Below, piece after piece: positions 10,081 through 23,719 of a stretch of DNA of 64,000 bases. Position 1 is the stretch's first letter, and the number at the start of each line of letters is the position of its first letter. Under the pieces are notes generated by a model. The model ran no database searches, was not told the DNA's origin, and saw only the letters and a program-made list of their open reading frames with translations. Location of the stretch: the NCBI GenBank assembly GCA_002269645.1, contig NIVC01001784.1:85301-149300 (forward strand), written 5' to 3'. This DNA comes from Macrostomum lignano. Taxonomy: Eukaryota. Both the position numbers and the translations under genes were made by a program.

Positions 10081-13000
10081 CTGTAACTTGTTTTGCAGAG
10101 TTCAAATTACTTTCAGTTCAATCAGTAGTGCAGCTTTAGCTTTATGCAAAAGCGCTGAGCAGGGTAGTGGAAAAATGGAAGCTACGGGCAGTCCTTTAGA
10201 AACTACTAAAGGACTAGGGGGTAATGGGCAGGTCTGCTGCTTATTCAGCAGTTGAGAATCAAAAGCGAGGTTTAAAATGACTGTATGTTAATGCTGGAAA
10301 GATCGCAATATAAATCAAATCTACACTATATAGTTTGAGGCTCTCTTAGTTGACTTCTGTTAGCTGCCCAAATTATCTGACAAAAAAGATTAATGGTTAA
10401 GACGGCAATTGCTCAGATTAGCATGCATTGGTGTGCACTATTTGACAGGGCAGTCAAGCAAGGCTATTCGCTATAAGGATTATCTCAACAAGGACAAGGA
10501 CAAAATTGACAGGGGATTTGCAATTGGTTAATCTGGAACAATTTTCTCTGTTGAAGCCGTAATCTAATAGAAGCATGCACAATATTACAGTGCAGTGGAT
10601 TGCCATTAGAGCAAGCCAAAAGCAGATTAGACTAGGATATCTACAGGTCAAAATACAGAGCTGCAACAACTAAATGTTTTTGAATTATATGTTCAGAAAA
10701 AGCTTATTGAGTCTTTCATGAGTAGAATTAAATTGTATATGGATGAGTCTAGAGATTGGACAAATTAATTTTTTTAAGCTGATTTAATTTGACTTTAATA
10801 CTAAAACAATACTGAGAATGAATATTTTAGTCAATAATATGCCCACTTCACTACTCATCAGTCCCTTGTCAGTAGTGCTAATTGATTGTTGAATGAACTC
10901 ATTCTAGATTTTTAAGTTTTTGATTTTTACATTCATAAGTAGAATATATTTAAAGGTATAGTTATTAAAAATGATTCACAAAGATTTTGCTATTGCTGTT
11001 TTCTCTAAAACTGCCACATGGGTGAGCACTTTAGTGAAGCCAAAAATTGCAATGATTCAACTTGTATGGAAATTTCTAGCTATATTCATTACTGGAAGCA
11101 GATGGTATTTAATATTTAGCCCTATTCCCTTTAGCAGCCCTTGACTAATATGCTTGCATCTTTATTTCTTGTCCAATGAAATGCACCTAGACCAAATGCC
11201 AACCCTATCTCTCCAAGTTTGTGGGAATCAGCACCCCGAAACCTATGTTCTATACACTTGATTCTTATTGCTCCACTTTTCCTAAAGCCTCCTAAAACCT
11301 TTGTACTCAGTTGGAGCACAACATGCTTTCAACAGCTCAAGCACCCCTGTCTTTCTTTAAGATGCATCACATGTTATCCCAGGACCCATTCTAAATTCTC
11401 TCCCTCATTCATAAGCCACAATACCAATATTCAACTCTTGACTTATTCTAAATCTTTGCACTATATTAAACAATCATTTTGTTATTTGATTGTTTATTTT
11501 CCAATTCTAATTCAAAATGAATATTTGTCCAATTTGATTCAATTTCAAATATTTTTAATATTCATCATAACTTTAGATTCATAGTTAATTGATTTAAAGA
11601 TCTAAAGATTTTTAGAACCCTCTTTTAAGATCTAAGAATTATACAATACAATAAACAAAATCAAAAGTTTTGTAGTCTTGATTAACTATTTAAAATAGTG
11701 TATATAGTGTATGGGTTAAACTTAAAGTAGACAGTAAAATTAAAACAATATCAGTACTATTAGTAGTGATCTAAGATTTTTTAGGTGGTAGATACAATTC
11801 ATAATTTATGAGCATATAAACTAAAAACTTGTTAAGAAGCCAAAAATTAAAACATCACCTTTTCATATTATTATATAACTAAATTTAGTTATAAAAAATA
11901 TATATCCATGCTCTTGTATATCTGATTCAAAGGCTATGCACCATACATGTCCAACTTTAAAATTTCACCCATCTGGTGCAACTTAGTTTTGTCCAGATTG
12001 CAACTTAGTTCCTCCTGATTGCAACTTAGTTCCTCCTGATTATAATTTAGTTTCTCTTAATTGCAACTTAATTTTCACTTTGTATATGACTTTTCTTGCC
12101 TTATTCTTCTTTATTCTCTTTCTTTTTCTCTCTCCTCTTTCATCTTTTTCTCTTTTCCTTCCTTTTTTCATTTTTTGCATTTTCAATTTTGCAACTTACC
12201 TTGGCTAGTGGGTGGCCATTTTACCCATCTGGTTCAGATGGGTTAGATGGGTGTTGGGTAAGCCTATGTATAAAGTGGCACTAAGATATATCTTTATATT
12301 GCCTTATTTTTTAAATAAAAAATAGGCTAATAAAGTTTTAATAAAATTTCAATGACTTTTCTAACTTTGTTTGAATTCAAATATATCAACCTTTTTATCT
12401 AAATAAAGTCATTAGGATCAATTCATAAAGGAATATTAGTTTATTTAGTTTAATATAAGCTATTTACTTTATATCAATATAATATAATAATTTTACATGA
12501 ATAAAAGTAGGGCTTAGGCCTAGTTGGGACCAAAATTGCAATTACAAAGGGCTTGTCAATTTAAGCTCATTAAGTGGAGCCCAAGTAACCAATATAGACC
12601 TACACAAATGATTTGACATAACATTCTGTTTGCAATGTCACTAGGTAGGTAGGCCTAGGGCCTAGGAACCTGGATTTGGCAGTGCCAGTGACAAAAGTTG
12701 AATTTTAGATAAGGGGGAATGAGCAAGAGAATAATTGGGAATGTTAGGCCTATGTCAACTTAGACTAATAAAAGTAAAGTCAAAAATAAAAAATCCCTAA
12801 TTATTATCCTCTTGTTTTATATAGGCCTAACAATTTATAATTATACTACCATAAGTGTCATAACGACATAAGGACAATTAGTTGACAAGTTCAGTTTTGA
12901 CATTAAGTCCTACAATTTCTCTAGAGTCCCAGGCTATAGCTTTAGGCAGCAGGCCTAACCGAGGCTAGACCCTAGACAAAGGTTGAAATGCCTTAGGCTT

Positions 13001-14694
13001 AGGCTTGTCTGACTCTGTCTCTGTGTTAGTCTGTGTCTCCCTAGCTATGATTATAAATGTAGGTCTAAACTCTAAAGGTAGAGTTTGCATTGCATTAGAA
13101 CTTAAAATACATAAAAAGGCCTAACACCATAAAATTGTCATTTCTTATGCTAATTAATCTATTTCTAATTGGAGTAGGCCCTAGGCCTATAACTATAAGA
13201 TTCGAGTGTAGGCCTAATAAAGTAGAGAATATGTCGCGATACGCATGGCTTTCTGTATTCAAAAGTTTTCATGGATAGTCAAAGAAACAAATCATAGACT
13301 TAGCATAGGTCATAGGTCGTAGGCTAAGTCGTTCTCGTTAGCTTAGATTATATCAATATTTAGTATTATAGGCTTGCTATTTTTTGGCCAGTTGCAGCCA
13401 TTTACAGTAACTTACACCAGTCAGTAAGGGGGGTAACTCAGTCAGTTTTCGAGTTATTGGAAATTTTTATTTTTACCATTAGGCCCTAGTGAGTGATAGC
13501 CTGATAGGCCCGACCTATATCTCTGAACACTTGTCAGAATAATTGCTAACACACACCTATTTTCGAAAGTTGGTCATGTAATTGGAATTAATCTATATAA
13601 ATTTCTAACCGACTATAGATTTGCACTTTATAATGACTTTTTGACCTTGTCCTATACTTTTTCTAGGCCTACTGTTAAATTAAAAAATCTAAGCTTTTTA
13701 TTTTTGTAAATGTTATAATTTTTTATTTTAATCTGCCTAAAGATAGGGGCCTAATAACAATATGAAATTTTGAACTGATTTAATTTGATTAGATTTAAAA
13801 TTAAAATATATTTGACAGAATAATTGAAATTCCTAATTATTCTAAACTAAATTTTATTTTTTTATTTTAATCTAGACCTATAATAGTCATATAGACTATA
13901 ATATATCCACTTTGCTTGTCTATTTATCAGTAATTTGTTAATAATGCTAATTGATAGTTAAATTAGGGCTTAGGCCTAATTAGTTTATTTTAGATTAATT
14001 GCTATCAAACAAAACAGTTATAGGTTATTATAAATAGCATATAGATTAAATGTAAACTTTTATTATTCTGCAAATATGAATGTTCTGTTTTTCATTCTAT
14101 TTTCTTGAAAAAACCCACCACATAGATTGAGCATTTTGGTAGAACCATGAATTGTAATACTAAAATAGTTAAACTCATATAAGTATTTAACTATGGTAAT
14201 TGTTAGAAGCATATTGTCTTTAATATCTAGCCCTATTCTAGCCCTAAAATAGCTATAAAGCAGCCAATATAGGCCTAGATATATCATATTATTGACCTAG
14301 TACCAAAAGATACAAGGTGTAAATAAGATATAAATTTTCAGTTTCAAACCATATAATCAAGCCTAAAAGCTAGCTAGATCTAGCCTAAATGTTGGGAAAC
14401 TCTAGCTTAAGGGCCACATGCAACCCACAAAGCCTTTCTATCTGGCCCTTGGATCCTTTAAAATTTCACAATAACAATCTGGCTATTCAAGGTTTTTGTC
14501 TTAATCTGTTTTCTCAGTTCTCTTTAATCTCTTCTCTCTTCTCTTCTTGCCTTTCTCCTCTCTCTTCATCTCTCATCTTCTCTTTCCTTACCTTCTCTCT
14601 TATTGCTTTTTTCTCTCTCCCCTCTCCTTCCTCTCTTCTATATTATCTTTTCTCATTGCATCTCTCATCCTGCCTCATCTCTCATAATTCTTCA

Positions 14695-14696
14695 TT

Positions 14697-14790
<94 letters not shown>
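14695..14790. repeat. (CT)n microsatellite
   Basis: Direct observation. Confidence 0.97.
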
Positions 14791-14795
<5 letters not shown>

Positions 14796-15099
14796 CCTCC
14801 CTTCATCTTGTATATCTGGCTGGCCTGCAGAAAAGATATAGGTTCTTTATATGGCCCCTGAGTTAAAAAGTTTTCCAACCCCTAATCTAAGCCTAAGATA
14901 TTAGCACTCCTTTTAGCTTTGGCATCAAAGCTTCCCTTTTAAGCCATAGATTAACTCCAGCACCCTCTTTGATGCTTGAACTATCAAAAACTCCCTATTG
15001 AACCTTTAACTTCTCAAAAAACCCATGAACCATAAACTTTCAATGATTCCCTTTATGAGTCTTGAAATCTTAGCACCCCAAGAGCCCTAACAACTCATT

Positions 15100-16720
15100 A
15101 AGTACCCAAATAAACTTTGATATCTTAGCAATTATCCCTGTAAGCTTTGACATCTTAGCAATTCTCCTTTAAGCTTTGAGATCTCAGCAATTCCCCTGTA
15201 AGCCTTGACATCTTACCAATTATCCCCATAAGCCTTGAGATCTCAGCAATTCCCCTGTAAGCCTTGACATCTCAGCAATTCCCCTGTAAGCCTTGACATC
15301 TCAGCAATTCCCCCTGTAAGCCTTGACATCTCAGCAATTCCCCCTGTAAGCCTTGACATCTCAGCAATTCCCCTGTAAGCCTTGACATCTCAGCAATTCC
15401 CCTCTAAGCCTTGACATCTCAGCAATTCCCCTGTAAGCCTTGACATCTCAGCAATTCCCCTGTAAGCCTTGACATCTCAGCAATTCCCCTGTAAGCTTTG
15501 ATATTGTTGTACCTGTGGTTGTCCTGCTGTACAGCGCAGTGACTTGGGCTCCGTCCTCTTACTCAGAAGCCTTCTTAACTTTAGTAGCGTAGGTAGTGCT
15601 GCCACCAGTTCCTTCAGGTCTCGGCCTTCGGTGAGGTGAGCTTCCCGTCGGAACGAAATAACGAAGTCAACGAACACAGCACCAAGTGCAGATTTGCAGC
15701 TCAACGTACTAGGCGTCTCGTCAGCAGTACCTGCCGGGCTTGGGTGATAAAGGGAGGGCTAAGTTAGCCTCTCGTAGGCTCGGGTTGGCTTTAGTCGGGT
15801 CTCAGTCAGACCAATAAGAACAGACTCAATGTACGCAGAGACTCAGACACTCGGGACGTAGTCACACGGAATTAGAACTCATGATCTCGGGAAGAACTAG
15901 ACTCCTTGACGGAAACAAGGGGGAGGGGGGTCCTATTTATAGCCAGGAAACACCCGCGCACAAGATCTCATGACTTGTTCTATTTTTAGAACTGACGTCA
16001 CTTGAGCATCTCGGGCAGGGTTCTAGCGCACGGAAGACCTCGTGACTTGTTCTATTTTTAGAACTGACGTCACTTGAGGGTCCCCCGGCAGAGTACACAT
16101 GTCTGTGACTCTGTTGCTATTTTTAGCAACATGAGTCACTCCTCTCCTTAGAGAAGGGAGGGGACCGAAAGCATGTGACTCACCCGGTAAACAGGGCCAG
16201 CGAGTGCAGTAAACATGTTTACTGCACTTTAAGACTCAAAGAACGCAAGAACTGTCATGTGACTTGCTCACAAGACAGGGAAAAACGGGACGGAAGCGAA
16301 ACAGAGACAGCCCACAGTCGAGAGACTGGGGGCTGAGAACGGAGACGCAGAAGGGCAGAACAGGCCAGGGGCAGCAACAGACGGGCCAAGGGAGGTGGGA
16401 AGCTGACCAGAGGCAGACAGCAACCCAGGGCGAGGGCGAGGGAGACTGCTGACAAAGTGGGACGCCTAGCATCAACTAGCGGATCACTACAATATCTTAG
16501 CAATTCCCCCTGTAAGCTTTGATATCTCAGCAATTCCCCCTGTAAGCTTTGACATCTCAGCAATTCCCCCTGTAAGCTTTGACATCTCAGCAATTCCCCC
16601 TGTAAGATTTGACATCTCAGCAATTCCCCCTGTAAGATTTGACATCTCAGCAATTCCCCCTGTAAGATTTGACATCTCAGCAATTCCCCCTGTAAGATTT
16701 GACATCTCAGCAATTCCCTG
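15100..16720. repeat. 29-30-bp minisatellite (CTTGACATCTCAGCAATTCCCCTGTAAGC)n, split by the solo LTR at 15505-16491
   Basis: Units flank both sides of the LTR. Removing the LTR and one ATAT restores the unit ...GCTTTGATATCTTAGCAATT. Confidence 0.92.
15505..16491 (-). mobile_element. Solo LTR (987 bp), probably Gypsy-type
   Basis: TGT...ACA termini. 4-bp TSD ATAT at 15501-15504 and 16492-16495. TATA-like GGCTATAAATAG on the minus strand at ~15933-15944. Duplicated enhancer-like block in the upstream part. No coding capacity. Confidence 0.85.
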
Positions 16721-18099
16721 TATGATATTAACTGTTTGGAATTTGGTACTTTATTAATTAATTTTGCAAAATATCTGTTTTGGACACCCTGCCACCTGGC
16801 CATCTACAGGCATGTATGAACCAGAGCAAGGCAGACGATTGTAATGGTAGCAATAAATATAAAGTAACAGCTTTCAGTATTTAGTTGTAGCAGTTGTTTA
16901 TAACTAGCCAGTTGAATAGTTTGACCTTCATTTGAAATTGCATAAACTGCTAACACCAGCTGTTAGCATTCAATATTGAGCTTAACTACCTTCAACCACT
17001 GCTTTCAGTCATTTTAATTCTATTTCGGACTATAGATTGTCCTCTTGCCAGTACTTGTTGAAGCTTGCCAGGTTCTCAAGGTAAGATTGAAGAAATAATA
17101 AATGAGAGAAAGAGAGAATTTTTTGAAATGTGTAATTTCTCTGACTGGCTATGGACGCATTATAAGCTTTTTTGGCACATTTTAACAGCATTGCTAAGGC
17201 TACTTTTTAAACATTGTCAAGCTGTTTGAACTGTCAGATATGACTCAACTGGTTAGACTGCGGTGGGAGAGAGAGAAGAGATAAGAAAATACTGCTAAAC
17301 TCATTTGACTAAGTGTAAACTTGGCGTCAGCGGCATGCTGTGCAATGTTCGTGTTCTCTCTTTCTGTCTTTAGGTTACAAATCAATGTCGCTATGCACTC
17401 TTAAATATAAAATGGTCGTATGGCACTCTTTCATTGGCTGACAAATGTGGACTCTGGGAGGGGGGTTGGGGGTTTCTTTCTCTTTCGCTAGTCTATATCA
17501 TTAGTTGGGCCGTACCTTTGCGTTCCACTCTTTGCTCATTATTAGTGTATAGTTAGTACTTGGCTTTTTTGTTCGCTTCACCCCAGTTAACCTCGGAGAG
17601 GCTATAGATCTGTGTCGGCTGGTTAGCGAGCTTTTTAAAAAAAGTAAGGCTGCGATCTGAATACTTCGTCTGTTGCTTTGTTTAAATTTTTTTACATTGA
17701 AGGTGGAACAGTGTTAGTTTTTGACTAGATGCGATCAAGATCGAATGTAAGTGATTATAATTTTACTAAAAATATAACACTATTTGCTCACTATGCGACG
17801 CGAATAGCGGACTAACACTGGTCAGATTTAGTGACTTGTTAACTTAGTTTAATAACATAGGTTGTCGTACGATTTACACGTATGAGGGATAACCAGGAGA
17901 CACAAAGTGTACACGTGCCTGACGATTAGAAAGTCAGGGCCGTGGCTTCGTACAGTATCGACGCTCTTGTAGTCAGCGGAATGTGCAGAATTGCCGTCAG
18001 CGATATGTAAAATTGCATTTACCTAAGTTTTTTTATCATGCAGGTGATTGTTTCTCAACTTAAGGCAAAGTGACATATCGCTATTAACTTACATTGCAG

Positions 18100-21000
18100 A
18101 TGTTAGGCCTAAGCGCTTTCGATTGCGCAATCATTGGCGGAGTTGCCGGGGTTTGCGTTTATTATTTTGTATTCGTTCGCAAGCCGCGCAACGGTAATGG
18201 ATCCGGCCTGGCCCCGCCAAGCACCCTGGGCCAGGCCTCTTTCCAATCGATTCCGCCGACTTCAAAGGGTGCCGCCGCCGATGACTACGACGAGTCCAGC
18301 TTCATCTCGAAGATGCAGGCAAAGAATCGCAATATTGTGGTGTTCTACGGCTCTCAGACTGGCACAGCCGAAGATTTCGCTACTCGACTGTCCAAGGAGG
18401 CGCTTCGCTACGGTCTGAGAGCGATGTCCTGTGATCCGGAGGAGTGCGACATGAAGGAGCTGGCCCACCTGGCTGATATCCCCAACTCTTTGGCTATTTT
18501 CTGTCTGGCTACCTACGGAGAGGGAGATCCGACTGATAATCTGCAGGTGAGTAGTTGCTAGTCTATTTTGGAAAAAAGTTTTCCCAATCCGTGGGTAACG
18601 ATTCTCAATCCAAAATTCTAAGGGTTTCCTAGGGTTTCTTAATCTATAGGACTCCCGGGGTTTCCCAATCTATGGGATTCCCGGTGTTTCACAATCTATG
18701 GGACTTCCGGTGTTTCACAATCTATGGGACTCCCGGTGTTTCACAATCTATGGGACTTCCGGTGTTTCACAATCTATGGGACTCTCGGGGTTTCACAATC
18801 TATGGGACTCCCGGTGTTTCAAAATCTATGGGATTTCTGGTGTTTCACAATCTATGGGACTCCCGGTGTTTCACAATCTATGGGACTCCCGGGGTTTCTC
18901 AATCTATGGGACTCCCGGTGTTTCACAATCTATGGGACTTCCGGTGTTTCACAATCTATGGGACTTCCGGTGTTTCACAATCTATGGGACTCCCGGTGTT
19001 TCATAATCTATGGGACTCCCGGTGTTTCACAATCTATGGGACTTCCGGTGTTTCACAATCTATGGGACTTCCGGTGTTTCACAATCTATGGGACTCCCGG
19101 TGTTTCATAATCTATGGGACTCCCGGTGTTTCACAATCTATGGGACTTCCGGTGTTTCACAATCTATGGATACCCGGTGTTTCACAATCTATGGATTCCC
19201 GGTGTTTCACAATCTATGGATACCCGGTGTTTCACAATCTATGGGACTCTCGGGGTTTACCAATCTATGGGATTCGCGGGGTTTCCCAATCTATGAGAAG
19301 CAAAGGTATTAAGTAAAGTTTTTTTAGGATTCCCGTTAAAGATAAAATCTACAAACCCTTACCCAGGAGTTCTTCACCATGCTGAAGGACTGCGATCGCA
19401 ACGAGCTGGACTTAACAGGCGTCAACTACTGCGTGTTCGGCCTTGGCAACAAGACCTACGAGCACTACAACGCTATCGGCCAGCTAGTTGACAAGAAACT
19501 CGAAGAACTCGGCGCCAAACGAATCTACGAATTGGGGCTTGGCGACGACGATGCCAATATTGAGGAAGATTTCAACAACTGGAAAGAGGGCATGTGGCCG
19601 GCGGCCTGTCAGCAGTTGGGAGTCAGCGCTGAGGCGCAGGACATCAAGTATCGGCAGTACCAGCTGGTGAACCACGAGCCCGGCTCTGTGCCGCCAGAAA
19701 AGCTCTACAAAGGCGAGATCTCCCGTCTGGGCAGTCTGCAGCGTCAGAGGCCGCCATTCGACGCCAAGAATCCCTATTTGGCGGCGGTCACTGAGAATCG
19801 CGAGCTGCACACTGGCGGTGACCGCAGCTGTTTACACCTGGAGTTGGACATTGGCGATTCTCGAATCCGCTACGAGTCCGGAGATCACGTGGCCGTTTAT
19901 CCGGTTAATCGAAGCGAACTGGTTGACAAGCTGGGCGAACTGCTCCAGTGCGATCTGGATCAGCCGTTCTCGCTGAACAATGTGGACGATGACAGCACTA
20001 AGAAGCACCCGTTTCCCTGCCCAACCACTTATCGCATCGCCTTCCTGCACTATCTGGATATCACCGCCAATCCCAAAACTAATTTGTTGAACGAGCTGAG
20101 CGACTATACTGACAATGAGGAGCACAAGCAGATGCTGAAGAAGATGGGCAGCAATACTGAAGAGGGAAAGGTGAGATTTTCTAGGGATCTCCTGATGTCT
20201 CATAGGGGTGAGATTTCTAGGGATCTCCTGATGTCTCATAGGGGTGAGATTTCTAGGGATCTCCTGATGTCTCATAGGGGTGAGATTTCCTAGGGATCTC
20301 CTTATGTCTCATAAGGGTGAGATTTCCTACGGATCTCCTGATGTCTCATAAGGGTGAGATTTCCTACGGATCTCCTGATGTCTCATAAGGGTGAGATTTC
20401 CCAGGAAACTCGTGGATGTCTCATAGGGGTGAGATTTCCAGGAAACTCGTGGATGTCTCATAAGAGTGAGATTTCCAGGAAACTCAGGTGTCTCATAGCC
20501 TCATAGGGGTGAGATTTCCAGGAAACTCAGGTGTCTCATAGCCTCATAGGGGTGAGATTTCCAGGAAACTCAGGTGTCTCATAGCCTCATAGGGGTGAGA
20601 TTTCCAGGAAACTCAGGTGTCTCATAGCCTCATAGGGGTGAGATTTCCAGGAAACTCAGGTGTCTCATAGCCTCATAGGGGTGAGATTTCCAGGAAACTC
20701 AGGTGTCTCATAGCCTCATAGGGGTGAGATTTCCAGGAAACTCAGGTGTCTCATAGCCTCATAGAGGTGAGATTTCCAAGCTACCCTGCTGACTCAGCCA
20801 AGATCGCACCCAATGGTCACGGATGAACCGCAACCGCACCCAGGCCCTCTACCACGACTGGATCATCAGCGCCAGGCGGCATATTGTAGCCGTACTGGAG
20901 GACCTCGACAGCGTGAAGCCGCCGCCGGACCACCTGTGCGAGCTGCTGCCCCGCCTGCAGGCTCGCTACTACAGCATAGCCAGCTCCCCGAAGCTGCACC

Positions 21001-22177
21001 CCAAATCCGTTCACGTCTGCGCCGCTGTAGTGCGCTACACAACATCGACAAATCGTCTTGTACTTGGCGTTGCTACCGGTGAATTCGCCGACAAGCCGGC
21101 CCAGCTGCCAGTGTACGTTCGCCGCAGCCAGTTCCGCCTGCCGTACAAGCACCAGACCCCGGTGATCATGGTCGGCCCGGGCACCGGGTTCGCACCGTTT
21201 CGCGGCTTCCTGCAGGAGCGCGAATGGGCTAAAGACCAGGGCAAGCCGGTTGGCAAGACTATTCTGTATACTGGCTGCCGGAATCGGGACATTGATTACA
21301 TCTATTCTCAAGAGTTGGAGGCTTGGAAAGATAAAGGTGTTATTACTAATCTGCAGGTGCGTTTATTGTTGTCTGCTTGTATTTATTGGCTTGATATTTA
21401 TAAACTATATGGATAATCCGCTAGTTTATCTGGATAATCCGCCAGTTTATATAGATAATCCGCTAGTTTATATAGATAATCCGCTAGTTTATATAGATAA
21501 TCCGCCATTTTATATAGATAATCCGCTAGTTTATATAGATAATTCGCCAGTTTATATAGATAATCCGCTAGTTTGTATAGATAATTCGCCAGTTTATATA
21601 GATAATCCGCTAGTTTATATAGATAATCCGCCAGTTTATATAGATAATCCGCTAGTTTATATAGATAATCCGCCAGTTTATATAGATAATCCGCCAGTTT
21701 ATATAGATAATCCGCCAGTTTATGTGGATAATCCGCTAGTTTATATAGATAATCCGCTAGTTTATATGGATAATCCGCTAGTTTATATAGATAATCCGCT
21801 AGTTTATACAGATATCCATCTGTGTATAAAAATAATCTACCAGTTCATTTAGAATTTAGGTAATTCATAAAATACGTCTATAGTTAATCTCCCGCTAATC
21901 CCTCTCACACCAGGTGGCCTTCTCTCGCGACCAAGGCGAGAAAGTGTACGTGCAGCACCTGATGCGCCGGGACGAGAACAGCCGCGAGATCTGGGAGGTG
22001 CTGGAGTTGGGCGGTCACTTCTACGTGTGCGGCGACGCCAAGCACATGGCCAGGGACGTGATGGCCGCCCTGGAGGAGATCGTTGAGAAGCACGGCAGCA
22101 AGAGCCGTCAGGAGGCGCAGGACTACATCAAGAAGTTGTCTAATAAAGGTCGGTACAGCGCCGATGTGTGGAGCTGA
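18100..22177 (+). CDS. POR: NADPH-cytochrome P450 reductase. Exons 18100-18546, 19367-20170, 20844-21356, 21914-22177
   Basis: N-terminal membrane anchor; FMN loop VFYGSQTGTAEDFA; YGEGDPTDN; FGLGNKTYEHYN; FAD motif RYYSIASS; NADPH motif MVGPGTGFAPFRGF; YVCGDAKHMARDV; C-terminal DVWS. All introns are GT-AG, phase 0. A short upstream coding exon (e.g. 17729-17746) cannot be excluded. Confidence 0.97.
18640..19295. repeat. 26-bp minisatellite (TCACAATCTATGGGACTCCCGGTGTT)n in POR intron 1
   Basis: Direct tandem copies. Confidence 0.95.
20171..20780. repeat. 36-44-bp minisatellite (GTGAGATTTCTAGGGATCTCCTGATGTCTCATAGGG)n in POR intron 2
   Basis: The first unit begins at the donor GT (20171). Confidence 0.95.
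21410..21810. repeat. 21-bp minisatellite (GATAATCCGCTAGTTTATATA)n in POR intron 3
   Basis: 7-aa periodic ORF DNPLVYI. Confidence 0.95.
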
Positions 22178-22305
22178 TCTGGCAGGAGTACATGCCGTTA
22201 ACTGATTACTATTGATCCTAACTTTGAAACAATACAAGATGCTGACCCTACGGAGTGCATGCGTTTAAGGTTAATAAGAAATTGTCTCGCGGATTTCTCT
22301 AAAGG

Positions 22306-22960
22306 GTGAGATTTCCTAGGCACCAGACAATGTCTCCTAGGGGTGAGATTTCCTAGACACCCTGATGTCTCACAGTGGTGAGATTTCCTAGGCACCAATG
22401 TCTCAGGGGTGAGATTTCCTAGGCACCAATGTCTCATAGGGGTGAGATTTCCTAGGCACCAATGTCTCATAGGGGGTGAGATTTCCTAGACACCCTGATG
22501 TCTCACAGTGGTGAGATTTCCTAGGCACCAATGTCTCATAGGGGTGAGATTTCCTAGGCACCCTGATGTCTCACAGTGGTGAGATTTCCTAGGCACCAAT
22601 GTCTCATAGGGGTGAGATTTCCTAGACACCCTGATGTCTCATAGGGGTGAGATTTCCTAGGCACCAATGTCTCATAGGGGTGAGATTTCCTAGGCACCAA
22701 TGTCTCATAGGGGTGAGATTTCCTAGGCACCAATGTCTCATAGGGGTGAGATTTCCTAGGCACTAATGTCTCATAGGGGTGAGATTTCCTAGGCACCAAT
22801 GTCTCATAGGGGTGAGATTTCCTAGGCACTAATGTCTCATAGGGGTGAGATTTCCTAGGCACTAATGTCTCATAGGGGTGAGATTTCCTAGACACCCTGA
22901 TGTGTCATAGGGTAGAGATTACCTGGAGACCAATGTCTCATAGGGGTGAGATTTCCTAGA
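22306..22960. repeat. 33-36-bp minisatellite (GTGAGATTTCCTAGGCACCAATGTCTCATAGGG)n downstream of the POR stop; same family as the intron 2 array
   Basis: Shares GTGAGATTTCC.AGG and TGTCTCATAGGG with 20171-20780. Confidence 0.93.
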
Positions 22961-23719
22961 AAGTGAAGGAACATTTATTTGTAGGGGCACGGTTTTGTAT
23001 AAATATTTTTCAAGATTTTTTGCTTGGTTTTTTATTAGCTTATTCATTATGACAGCAAATTGAGAAGATTGTGCTTTATCCTACCATGAAATGCTGCACT
23101 TCTACCTGCATATTAAAGTTTCTTTTTTGCTTGTAACCACAAAAATAATGCAACAATAAACATTATGATTAATTTATACCCAAATTGCGTGGATTTGCTT
23201 TAATCTGTTTTAGCTGTATTTTCATACCTTAGAATTTCACTGCTGGTTCGATCTGCTAGTTACACTTAAATCGTCATTTTTGTTGCTATCGCGACTATCG
23301 AATTCTAAATAAATATGCATGACGCTTTTCTTGCGCTTAGTGGCAGAATACTAGGGTATTATATAATAAAATTTTAATGTATGAGATAAATAAGTAGCAT
23401 ATTCATATTTATCCAGATGGCACGATTTTTCAATCCGACTTATATCAATATAAAGTGTTTATTATTGTTTATTGTTTCTCATTTTTATACTAGTAAGGAA
23501 ACCGACACCAGTAGGGTAGCATGATGTTTACTTGTTCGTGCGGCCGCACTTAGTTACTCTTTGAGATTGATAGTTTGATAGATTGATAGATCTTATGTTT
23601 GATAAATTGATGGATTTTAAGATTGATAAACTGATAGATTGACAGACAGTGAGATTGATAAATTGATAGATTGACAGATCATAAGATTGATAAATTGAGA
23701 TTGATAAATGACAGATTGA

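Noticed and set aside
10400-14400. AT-rich block as a possible decayed transposon or gene
   Set aside because: I could not identify TIRs, TSDs or a credible protein motif.
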